64,000 nucleotides of DNA, from NCBI GenBank assembly GCA_951406725.2, contig OX597825.1, positions 42,594,001 through 42,658,000 on the forward strand, in the 5' to 3' direction. Below, piece by piece: positions 36,082 through 47,960 of this stretch (position 1 is the first letter of the stretch; each line of letters starts with the position of its first letter). The stretch is from Octopus vulgaris (lineage: Eukaryota). The notes beneath the pieces are model-generated. The model was not told the DNA's origin. It worked only from the letters and a program-made list of their open reading frames with translations, and ran no database searches. The translations under genes were made by a program, and so were the position numbers.

Positions 36082-37381
36082 TACAAGGCTCAGCTTTAAA
36101 GTTCATAGGCTGATCAAGACACTCTCATGGAATGTGACCAAAAGAGGTTTATTTTTCAACATAGTCCCATTTGCAGTCCACATATTCTTCCACCAGTGTT
36201 GCAGTGCTTAAATCTCATTGCTGGAGAAGGTTTCATCGTGTTGGTCAAAAAAGTCATCAACAGTAGACATGTCACCAGCACTGCAAAACTGGTTGCCAGC
36301 CAAGTACTTTTTTCATGTTGAGGAACAGAAGATAGACAGATAGGGCCAAATCAAGAGAAAAGGGTGAGTCACCAACCAGTTCAAAGCCAGTTACACACAA
36401 CAGCCATGGAAATCAAGGACTTGTGTACTGGAGCATTGTCCTCATGAAGCAAGATCTCTGTCATCAGTTTTCCAGGGCATTTGATCTTGATAGCCTTTTG
36501 TAAATGCCTCAGTAAGTCGACCTAGTACTCTCCATTGATGGTGTGGCCCATCAATGGGCCACACATTGTATTTATTGATTATTGAAGATAGTCAATAAAT
36601 ACAATGCCTTTTGCATCCCAAAACACTGAAGCTATTGCCTTCCCTGCAGGTGAAATGACCATCACCTCTTTGGGAGCAGGTGATTAAGGGTATTTCTGCT
36701 GCAGAGATTTTCTTTTTGTCTCTGTCTGAAAAGGATGAACCCAGTACACAACCTGGGTTAGTAGACACTCAAGGAAACTAATTGGATCTACCTCAAACAA
36801 TATCAGATTTTCCTGTAATATGATCAGTCTCATGTACTTTTGATCAGGTGTCAGAAGATGTGGTACCCACAGTGTAGAAACCCACATTATGCCAGGTTTA
36901 TTGTGCAGAATATTCTCAACTCTCTCATGATATATGTTAATAGCATTGGCTATTTGATTTATAATCAATAACCTGTCATCTATCACCATATTGTGAACAC
37001 TATCAATATTTTCTTTGCTGGTGGCAGTTGCAGGATGTCCAGACATTGGGTCGTCTTCAAGTCTCTCCCTGACCCTCCTACATTCAGTGGTCCACTGTTG
37101 ATAAAACTAAAGAGTCATCCCCTAATGTAGCAACCATGTCAGAATGAATTTCCTAGGGGGGGCTAAACTATTTTCTTGAAGGTACTTGATTACACCACGA
37201 TGTTCAATTTTGTTCATTTTCAAGAGAAGTCACAACTAGTTTCTTCTAGTCTTCTTTGAACTACAGTTCAAAAAATGATGCAGTTATTAATTAGAAGAGT
37301 TGTAATTATGCATTCAACATTTCATAGCTCTAGGATCACTCCTTCATAGTCAACCTATGCACTTTTCAGCCCACCCTCATA
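36082..37381 (-). mobile_element. Full-length (~1.3 kb) decayed mariner
   Basis: TA-flanked imperfect TIRs (tacaaggctcagctttaaagttcataggctga and tcaacctatgcacttttcagcccaccctcata). ORF 36684-37046 reads SGHPATAT..NIDSVHNMVIDDR...WVPHLLTPDQK. LHEDNAPVH occurs further 3'. Confidence 0.92.
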
Positions 37382-37589
37382 TGTCTGGAAAGAGATAAAA
37401 TTTATTGAAATTTCAAAAAGAATATAAGATTGTCGAGGGAAAAATAGAGCTACCAACAGCCATAAAACAATCAAAATATTTTTCTTCTTAATTCAAATAA
37501 CATTACAAAGAAATACAAAATTTTATTTGACAACCTGATGTGTGTGTGTGCGTGTGTGTGTGTACATGGTGGAAGCTAACACATGCCAA

Positions 37590-37930
37590 AGTAGGACCAT
37601 CTGTTAGACACAGAAAGCAGTTTCTTAAAGTGCAGCAGTAACAGAACACATAACCATATTGGTAGTCAGAGAACCTTGACTGCTCCCACATATTCTATAT
37701 CTACTGTTTTCACTCCATAATAAGGAAACATCAAAAACAGTGGCATTTCTCTGTCCAAGGTGTATATAAGACCACTACAACCGCAATAGTCACTTTTAAA
37801 ATATCTGTTGCTTTCTGAAGTTCCTGTTCTTAAAGGGATTATTGTGATTGAAGTATGTACTGACCACTCTACTGTGCTCTGAAAGAACAGCTTCCTTGCC
37901 AGTAGTCTAACATTGGTTGGGACAACATCT
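37590..37930 (-). mobile_element. Possible LINE endonuclease fragment
   Basis: Minus strand VTIAVVVLYTP (YRPP-like) and NCFLCLTDGPT (FL.Q.V..PT-like). Confidence 0.35.
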
Positions 37931-39529
37931 TTTGGTGATGTGATCCATCATACAATCCTGTTCAATAATTAGTTTTCATACCATATAATGGAAAGAATAA
38001 ATTGTTGAGATATAGAGCAATGGTTTCTTTGCACTTCTTCCATCCTACTAATAACTGAAAAAAAATCCTGCTTGACTTTTCCTTATTTATAATAAGTGTT
38101 AGTCTATGAGACACATTTTAAATTTTGAATGCAAGAAGCAAGAAATAAGATTATTTCCTATGTGTCAATAATTATTTCTTTCCTCTTGGTACAATATTCT
38201 CTTGAAAAAGGCAAAACTTTAACTCCTTGAATAAATACTTTGTAGCTTACCAATACTGAATTTATAAAACTAAGAAAAGCTATAGGAATAGTTTATCTCA
38301 GCTGGATTTCAAATCAGGAAGTGACATATCAAATTTTGGATTTCACAAAGCATGCTAACTGATTGATTACTTATAATGTAAACTTATTTTATAACATTTT
38401 TACATTCTTAGAATTCATATATCTATCTAATTATCCCATAATAAATTTTACACAAATGGATAGAAGATAAGTAAATTCTTCCAGCTAGATTCCTTGGATT
38501 ATCTTCTGAATTATTTTATACTTGAGTTTGTTTAACAATTAATGATATATTTTGTCATAACAATTTTTAAGATCTTTCAAATGAAAATATGTTCTCTGTC
38601 ATTTACAATGCAGCTATTATGGAAAACACACAATGTAGTTATGTCATTTTTCAAGCTACTTAATTGCAAGAAGTATTGGTAGTCTTAGAAAATTAGAAAG
38701 AATATTTAACATAGTGAATTAGAGACAAAAACAGAAAAGTAGTGTTTTATTTACTTTTATTTAATCATTTATTGAGATATTATTTAAATTAATCAGACTA
38801 TATTTTTTTCAAAATGCCCAAATTTAAAGAGCAAATTCTGCAGCAAAATATTTAATTCCTATTAGCTGGGTACAGACAAATGATGGACAGATGGACAAAC
38901 AAACACACACATAGACATACATTTTCTTGATAATAGGAAACCTGTCTCTTTCTATGTGCAAGACATATATGTTTATATCGAGAAAGTTAATGGAAAGACA
39001 GTTTTATAAAAATACATTATTTAAATGTATCTCAGTACAGAGCAATTATTATAGTTTGCAATCATTCTTTACTGAATATTTATTGCAAAAGCAATCTTAA
39101 AATAAAAATTTGGTTTGAAATTTATTCTTGCTTAAAATTTGATAAAGGCTAATGTGACAAGTTGATATTTTAATTGCCTTAAGCACACACTAATTTTATC
39201 TCTTTGCAGTCATTTGTGCTAAAATGAAATGAACAGTTTGTCAAGGATTATAATTAGTAATGATAGCAGATTCTATTCTTTGATTTGCTGATCTGAAGAA
39301 AATGGCAGATTTCACAATCTCTAGAAACACTTTTAGAAGTTACTTAATATTAATAAATTAAGGCTTAGTTTCTCCAGTTGTATGGCACGGATGAATTACT
39401 GAAGTATTAGGCTTGTAGTTTTGGAGTTCATAACCAAGTACAGGCATTGTGTTTCCTTTTGGCAAGATCTCTTCTTGCCCAACTAACTATGGAATTTTGT
39501 TCATTAGTTTTGTTCATTAGTTTGGTAAA

Positions 39530-40150
39530 ATTAATGCCATTAATGTTACTCTTTAACTAGAAATAATACAGGAAATTTGTTCAAGGAGAAAATTCTAGAT
39601 GAATAACATGTTCAAAAGGAAAGACTATGATAAAGGGTTAGTGCAAGGTATGACAGGACAAAGTATGGACGAGGACATAGAGTGGAAACAGAAATTGAAT
39701 GAGTTTGGAGTGTCCAGTGGAAGTAGCCCAAGATCTGCCAGCTCCAAAAAAGCAACCAGAATTTACTGTTGTAGTGGTAGAAAAAGTAGAATGAAGAGGT
39801 AACACATTTGTTTAGTAGCCCATTTTTAAGAGGGTCTGTATGTCTAGCATCACAACCTTCTATGTATGGGAATAGTACTCCATTATAGGTTTCACTTGAA
39901 CTTTGTAGAGAAAAAGGTTTGTAGTTGTTGAAGGACTATAAGTTCTTTTAGTACTGAAGAGGAAGGCCAATCATTGAAATGCTATTTTGGCTATGTTGTA
40001 GATGATCACTTCTGTGAGTAGATCCTTGGTGACTCTGATGTCTATCAGCCCTAATGGTTCTAGTTATATGTTATTTATGTTTTAACGGCTTTGCAGTATT
40101 GTTTCTTGATATGTAGAAATTGTTCTTTTATGAGGTTGACAGGAACTAGA
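39530..40150 (-). mobile_element. CR1/L2-group LINE 3' fragment
   Basis: Minus strand IYNIAKIAFQ*LA, QVKPIMEYYSH (RP.MEY.S..W), FYHYNS and LELADL. Confidence 0.65.
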
Positions 40151-40718
40151 TTGAGTATCTAATTAGACTCAACAAAATAATTTACAGACATTATGCAAAT
40201 ACTATATTTAATGATTGATTCTCACAGTTTTAAACCTACACTATCTGGAATTAATTAGACTACCTGCATATATGTATATATATATCATTATGACATTATA
40301 CATATTGATACACACACAAACACACAAACATATACATATATGTAAATATAAGTTACAATATATGGATTCAAGTAATTCAATAGTACTCATGAAAAAAGAA
40401 CCTTCATGCATCATTCTACAAACCATATAAAATATATAGCATGATACAAGAGAAAACAATGAGTGTATAAAATCATAAATGACACAGAAATAGTTTGAAG
40501 AAATTCTATTTAACAATAAGAAAATTCTACAACCACAACAAATTGTTTCGTAACTTAAAAACATGTAAATAATTTATATTATTGTATTTAATAATAAATG
40601 AATTACTTACATTCTGCATTAATGCAAAATGAAAAAATCCTTCAAAATAACACAGAATTTAAGCTACATTTTATTGTTATATAAAATTTCATCAAACTAT
40701 TTCTCTGTTGTTTATGAC

Positions 40719-40758
<40 letters not shown>

Positions 40759-40839
40759 ACATACATACATATGTATGTATGAATGAATGAATGAATGAAT
40801 GAATGAATGAATGAATGAATGAATGAATGAATGAATGAA
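40719..40839. repeat. Compound (TA)(TG)(CATA)(GAAT)n microsatellite
   Basis: Directly visible. Confidence 0.95.
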
Positions 40840-42544
40840 CGACAGACCGACCACAGGAAAACATAGCCTGGTAAGTCTTCAGGTAATAATCAGTTCTAGA
40901 GTGAAATGATATAAAAAGCAGCTCAAGAGAGAAAAAATTGTGTCAGAAAAAAGTATCTATAATACTAATGTTTACGTAAAGATGGCTAATGATAACAAAC
41001 ACTGACATTGATAATTACTTTCAAGTATGGCATTTTTACAAGATGTAAACAAATATCGGTTCACAGTTTGAAATTCAAGAACAGAATCTACCTAATTGAA
41101 TTATTTGAAATATTTTTCAAACATAACCATTGCTTATATATCTTCTTTTCTCGTGTGGACTTTTTGAAGTAGGCCACATCCAAAGTCATAGTTATGAGAA
41201 GGCTTCTTGTATTAAACAGCCAATTCAAATTATTAGATCATCTATGAGTTAGTTTTGGAAAAAGAATGTGATATAGTCTTACATAAGTTGCTAGTTTCCA
41301 ACAGTTTATAATCTCATATACAATTATAATGACAGCCACTACTGGTTAATTATAAAATAGGCACAACTAAAGTACAAACTAAAGTGATAAAATTCTAGAC
41401 ATTATAAGCTTGGTTGAGCTTTTGTAGGCAGGGGTAAAAGAAACTTTAAAATGTTCAGTATCAAGATGAATCAAGTTTACATATTGTGGACAATCAAGTC
41501 TGCTTACAAGAAATTCCTTGGAGTTGGATATTATATAGAATTGTAATTCCATGAATATTATGAGATACTATTTTATTTTTTTGACATTTTAATGTCATAT
41601 ATTTGGCAATTTCATAAGCAATAATACTAAAATCTACGATTTGTGATTTCCATAATTCTCTATAAATTTTAGCAAACAGGTGGTTTGCTATATACAATGC
41701 ATATATATATATGTCCATAAAGTTACTTCCCCCCAAGCAAGCTTCTATACTTGTATTCAAAATGAAATAATAATAATATACAAGTACGGTAATTGTAAAT
41801 TAACATGGCTTAGAATGAAAATTTATCTAAATTAACTCTAGAGTAATCATATTATATTCTAAACAATTTTCAGAGTTAACATTCTGTATTCCAAAAATTG
41901 CCTGAAAATACACGGTAGATCAAATACGAATCAAAGAGGTACATGAAATATAAGAGGTTTACATTTACATTTCATGTTATTTTTCTTAAACATTATATCA
42001 CAATTTGAGAACAATTCCATTGTTGGTGAAAGTTTCCAATGGTTCACAGAATTTCTGACAAAAAGAGGGAAAATAAAAGTCATCGTTTTCTATTTCCTCA
42101 ACAATGCTTATATACTTTGATGAAATGGACTAGTGAAAAGTATACATGTGTATGCAAATGTTTGTATGTATGAGTATCTGTATGCATTACTTCCTCCTCA
42201 GTCTCTGTCTCATTCCATATATAAATGCACACACATGCACACACACACATACACACACACATTTACACATATACACATGTATATAAATATACATATATGA
42301 AATAGTCACTCTCAGACTTACCTTTGAGTTTTTCATTCTAAGTGGCTGAACGTTGCTTCTTTAAACTTGTCACTCACTAGATTACATATATTTATATGTG
42401 TGGCTCATTAGTCACCAGTAGAGCCACAAGTGTAAAGTATAAATTTGTCTGAGTACACAATGTTCTCAATGGTCAGTGATACTCATACTCCTCAGCAGAA
42501 GTGTTAAGGCCACTACCTCTGGTGAAGAAGCTTACAAGAGTCCT

Positions 42545-42760
42545 GTGTTGGTGCCATGTAAAAACTATATGTGCTGGTGCCATGTGAAAGCACTCTGCAC
42601 GTTCTGTAAAGCGTTTGGCATTAGGAAGGGCATCCAGCCATAGAAATTGTGCCAAATCAGACTGGAGTTTGGTGCAGCTCTCCAGCTTGCCAGATTGAGT
42701 AAAACCATTCAACCCATGCCAGCATGAACAATGGACATTAAATGATAATGATGATGATGA
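42545..42760 (+). mobile_element. RTE-tail element with (GAT)n
   Basis: gctggtgccatgt...ggcattaggaagggcatccagcc.tagaaa...aacccatgccagcatg...ggacattaaatgataatgatgatgat. Confidence 0.8.
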
Positions 42761-42839
42761 TATATAAACATATTTCTATGGCAGTGCTCTAGCATTGCTG
42801 CAGTCCATCATCTGAAACCAATAAAAGTGCGTGTGTGTA

Positions 42840-43010
42840 ATCATTATCCTTTGATTAGTCTTCCATGCTGACATGGGTTGGATGCTTTGACAGGTCTAAG
42901 GACTGCATTGAGCTTTGCTTTCTAATTTGATATAGCTTCAATCACCAGATGTGTTTTCTAATGTCAACCACTGTACATCATATACTCAGTGCTTTTTCTG
43001 CCACTAGAAC
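42840..43010 (-). mobile_element. Older RTE-tail element in the opposite orientation
   Basis: ttccatgctgacatgggttggatg...ccagatgtgttttctaatgtcaaccact is the reverse complement of the same family. Confidence 0.65.
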
Positions 43011-43564
43011 TAGTGTGTCACCATACAGCTTACAATACTACAAACCATAAGAGAAGTAGCTTTATTATAAGAGACGATGGGTTAAAGTATGAAAGAACGG
43101 TCCAGAAAACAAATATTTGTTGTTGTAAAAGAGCTACATGGTTACTTACACTTTACAAAAGAGGGTGATTGGTGTGGGTATGGGTAAGAGATATAAATGG
43201 TGATAATGAAGTGTGTGGGTAGCTTAAGGTAGGAAGTGAATTGAAGTGAATGGGGACAGAAGAACCAGGAGTAGAGGTTGCAAGAATGTAAGGGAGAAAG
43301 AGAGACTGTGCATGTGTGAAGAGGCGAATATAATGAATGAAGAACGTATATTGAGGTGAATGGTGGGTAAGGAGTGAGCATGACCAATGATGTATAACTA
43401 TATTTGACTTGCGAGATATCACACCTATCAAAGCTCAGTGAACAAAACCAATCAGATTGGAAATTAATAAACAGCAGGTTACCATATAGACCTATGGACT
43501 CCTTTCAGTCCTTATTTTACTCAACTGGGCCCTCATGTTCATTCAAAACATACTATTATATTTT

Positions 43565-43634
43565 TATATAAACGGCAGTTTGTCTGTGCGTTATTTCCCT
43601 TACAAACCTGAGCAACGCCGGGCGATACTGCTAG
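43565..43634 (+). mobile_element. Miniature Helitron-like element or Helitron 3' end
   Basis: tatataaacggcagtttgtctgtgcg-ttatttcccttacaaa-cctgagcaacgccggg-cgatactg-CTAG|T: a GC-rich subterminal hairpin followed by CTAG and T. Confidence 0.7.
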
Positions 43635-44142
43635 TATTTTTATAATTAAATATTATTAGGAATTCTATTTAAAATATTGTTGAAATATTTTGTGTATTGT
43701 AGAATTATACACAATTTATTGCACATAAATTTTAACAGCAAAATCATATTTGATCCCCAACCCACCTGAGAGTCATATGGATCCTGGTTGTGAACCACTG
43801 ATGTAGGCAACTGAAAATAACATCTTTTTGTCATAGAAAATATACTGGAGTCTTTTAGACCCTAGAAGGTAAAAAATGTCTCACAGTACATTGAAATAAT
43901 TATGCATTTAAGTGTTGAAAGTAATACAATATAACGAGCAATTGAAAATATATATATATATATGTATGTATAAGTTTTATATTACACAGTCAGTCATTAG
44001 AATTGATTCATGGAAAGATCAGAATACTTGAATAGAGAAGTAATAATTTAAAGTCATACTAATCTTATTCTAGCAGATTTTCATATTTGGAAAAAGCAAT
44101 ATGTTTAGGATTTCTGTACCGGAAAATTCTTTCTTAAAATGT

Positions 44143-44183
44143 TTACACACACATGCACGCATGCACGCACGTATGCACACACG

Positions 44184-44235
<52 letters not shown>

Positions 44236-44241
44236 CGCACG

Positions 44242-44330
<89 letters not shown>
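44143..44330. repeat. Long (CA)n microsatellite with CACG interruptions
   Basis: Directly visible. Confidence 0.97.
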
Positions 44331-44331
<1 letters not shown>

Positions 44332-45044
44332 ATTTTTTTAATTCAAATTTGACAAGAGCAGTTTTTGCTGGTACTGCTAAGATTTCATTTGATACATTTC
44401 TAGAAATGGTTAATGATTTCTATTTCAGTGTAATTATTTGTCATGGTATTTCTAATTTTACATATGTACTGTGTCTAATGTAATTTATTTTTCAAGTATA
44501 ACAAAGTGGGTGACATTTGGAATTCACTTATTCAATTTAAGGTAACAATTGATAAGCATTGCACTTGAGGAAAGGAATTATTTAGTCTTAATATAAGTAT
44601 CATCTGCAAAATGTTTTTAATATGTAAGAAAAGCAGTTACCTTGTTCTGTGATTGTATGTAAAATTCATTAAACATATTAATATTACAATTTTTGAACTC
44701 TTTTAACCTCCTCTCTCACTCTTATAAAATTACTCCACCTCCTCACTCCTGAATCACTGTCTGTATCCTCTCTTATACTCACCTTCCTCTACTCTGAAAG
44801 TTCACCCTGCCACCACATCACAACCATCTTTATCTTCTTCCCAGCTACTCTCACTCTTATTTAATGCTGGGTATTTTATATCTCCTCAATAGCAAGACAC
44901 CTGTGCTTGTCCTATCATAACATAACCTCTCAACACTTGTAATAAAGTCACCTCCTTCTCTAAAATACTCCCCTTAATTGAGGTTTTCTTTTTCCATTTT
45001 ATTTCGTTTTTTTTCTTTTTGTCTTGCAAGTTATTTGATCACTT

Positions 45045-45222
45045 CGCTGGTGCTGGTGGCATGAAAAGGCTCCGAGTACACACTGTGAAGTGGTTGGCAT
45101 TAGGAAGGGAAACCAGCCATGGAAATCACATCAAAGCTGATACTGGAGCTTGCTGGATCCTGTCAAGCAGTCCAACCCATGCCAACATGGAAAATAAGTA
45201 TTAAATAGTGATGATGATGATG
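45045..45222 (+). mobile_element. RTE-tail element with (GAT)n
   Basis: gtggttggcattaggaaggg...gtccaacccatgccaacatggaaa...gatgatgatgatg. Confidence 0.75.
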
Positions 45223-46434
45223 TTACAAAATACACAGAAACATAGAATTGCATACAAATAAATCCAAAAACACAGACAAATATTCATACTTGCACAGATA
45301 TGTCATTTCAGATTTCTTGCGTATATTCAGTTTTTTCTTGCATATTTCTCTTCCTTCCAGACGCTAAGCTCCCTAATCATAAATGTATTATTTCAGATCA
45401 GCCTTCCTTTTCTGATGATGAAACAAATTACTAACACAGTATCATTTTACATCTTTGTATCCAGTTTTTAAACTATTTGACCCAGATAGTTCATGATTCC
45501 TGAAACAAATAGTTCAAGTGTTAATCTAAACTCACAGCTCACTGACCAACTCATTTCTTCAACTTTAATACATTTATAGTTCAATACAGATTCCATGTCG
45601 TATCACATTTAACATGGCATGTATATCCAACTCATATTAGTAATTTTCCTTCATCTTGCCATACAAGTATATCTCCAAAATTTTTTTCAATTACTTTCTG
45701 ACTAATAGAATTATGGAATCATTGAGCTGTATCCCATAACTTGCTTTTTCATTGAATTGAAGATGTAACCATCTCAGCTATTTTCTATTTTCTCAGCTAA
45801 TTTTCATTTATAGATAGCTAAAACCTCTCACAAAAAAAACTGTTTAAATCTTAGAAACTACAGGTGCAAAAAAGAGTCTAGTGATAAATTAGCATGTTAT
45901 TGCTTGTTGTATGGTGTAAGTGTATTCAATGACAGAATTGCTAGAGACAGCAATACTGATAATAAAAGAATCAGAGAAAGATTTGATTCTGCAACATAGC
46001 AAAATAATTGTTAATTATACTGTTCTACTATTGATGCTAAGACTCTTCTTTTAGTATTTGTAGTTGAATAATTTGCCCATGCAATAACCTTACTTTCAAC
46101 CAGATCTCAAAAGTCAGGTGTGACTAGCGCTGTGCATTATGCCTATGTCTGGCAGATATGTCTTCATGAAAACCATACAAGTAGTTTCTAATGCAAGAAA
46201 GTAAAACAAATTGATAACAATATCAGTTGGCAGTTGGTAAGGTCTGAGATGTGGGATATTATATTTTATAGATTATTATCTGTGAGATGTTAGGGTGGAT
46301 ACCCTTATCAAGAAAATAATCTAGAGATTTTGTTAGGAGAAGGGAAATTTAAAGTGTGAAGTGTTTGAGATTGACAATGGAAACACTATTAGAATCTTAC
46401 CAAAACTCTGTGAGCATATGAAGCAGATCTATTT

Positions 46435-46630
46435 TTTATTTGTTTCAGTCATAAGACTGTAGCCATGCTGGGGTACTGCCTTGAAGAATTTTATTTGAAT
46501 GAATCAATCCCAGTACTTTTTTTAAAGCCAGGTGCTTATTTTATTGGTCTCTCTTGTTGAACCATTAAGTTACAGTGATGTAAACACACCAGAACAGGTT
46601 GTCAAACGGTGAAGGTGGGACAAGCATGCA

Positions 46631-46661
<31 letters not shown>

Positions 46662-46820
46662 TTGCTTATGATGGGCTTCTTTAAGTTTCTGTTTACCAAA
46701 TTCATTCACAATCATTTGGTCAGTCTGATGAAGAAACTTGCCCAAAGTACCACACAATGGGTCTGAATCCAGAACCATGTAGTCGGGAAGTAAACTTCTT
46801 ACCACACATCCACACCTGCA
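46435..46820 (-). mobile_element. Near full-length tRNA-headed SINE
   Basis: Tail tgtttcagtcataagactgtagccatgctgggg, (CA)n spacer, gatgggcttct...accaaattcattcacaa, head cttgcccaaagtaccacac...cttaccacac...cacctgca. Confidence 0.8.
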
Positions 46821-47109
46821 GTTGATGTGTATTACAGAGTCAAGCAGGCTTATGTAGTCATTCAGTCTCCCATTTTGCCACTGTTAATCTACCTCTGGGT
46901 GAAAGCCTTGGCATACTATTTCCAGCTAGACCTAGCTGTCTATGCTGATCAAAGGCAGATTTGATGAAGTGTTTCCTGTGTTTCAGTGATTAGTCCTGCC
47001 ATTAACACTTACACAATACAAACTGCTGTTGGAGTCAGCTGTTTTGGGACATGATAGATTTGTAAAGATGGTAGAGATCCTATTGGTAATGGACTAGAAA
47101 GATCTTCTC

Positions 47110-47960
47110 AGTCACTGACCTTGACTTTGAAAATGATGCTGCCATACTAGGTGAGTCCTATGGCAACATCCAGCATGCTCTTGATAGGATAAATCTCACT
47201 GTCACAAGAGTTGGACTGAAGATCAACACCTTCAAATGAAGGTCCTCTCAGCCAACATACCTCCATCCTCCAAGATCACTATCATCTTGATAGAGAGGCT
47301 GTGGAAGAGGTTAAGGAGTTCACATATCTTGAATCCACCTTCACTGCTGCTGGCTGGCAGGGAGGACGAAATCACCATATGGAACAATCACACATGGTTG
47401 ACCTGTCGCTTTCATAAGAGCTTATGGTCACATTAGGAAATGTGCCACACAACAAAAGGCCATATTTACCAGGCATTTGTTCAAATAGTTCTCCTCTATG
47501 GTTGCAAAACTTGGACAATGCATGTTGCTGATTTCCAAAAGCTGGATTTCTTCAACCACTTTTCTATTTGTCTTTGTCAGACTGTGTTTTGAACTGACAA
47601 CTTTATGCTCACTATGGTCACTCACCTCTTGAGGGAACTCTTCTGACAAGGAGACCACAGTGGTTTGGTCATGCATTGCAGCAACCCCATGATGAACTCG
47701 TTCAGAAGACAATAGCACCAGATTCTCCCCAGGTTGGTGTAAGGAGAGGGGTGGTCAGATTAGACATGACAGTCAAAGCAGATATGGAGTTCATTTCCAG
47801 CCCTCGAGCCTTTGGCATTCATCGCTGGAACCATGGCTTCAACACACTGCAGAATCAGCTGCCAACAAGATGTGTGTGGACTGCTTTGACCTGTTACATG
47901 GTGAACTCAATAGGAGCTGGCTTAATTGCTCCAAGGTGAATGCTGTTACAAGACAAGAGG
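47110..47960 (+). mobile_element. Decayed RTE-clade LINE 3' half
   Basis: DLDFENDAAILGESYGNIQHALDRI (YADD region), VGLKINT, EEVKEFTYL, IYQAFVQIVLLYGCKTW and WFGHAL. Tail (acaag)-like. Confidence 0.8.

Noticed and set aside
42310-42385. Strong minus-strand splice donor (AG|GTAAGT) suggesting a host exon
   Set aside because: The upstream sequence has stops in all three frames and no clear acceptor. A non-coding exon cannot be excluded without RNA data.
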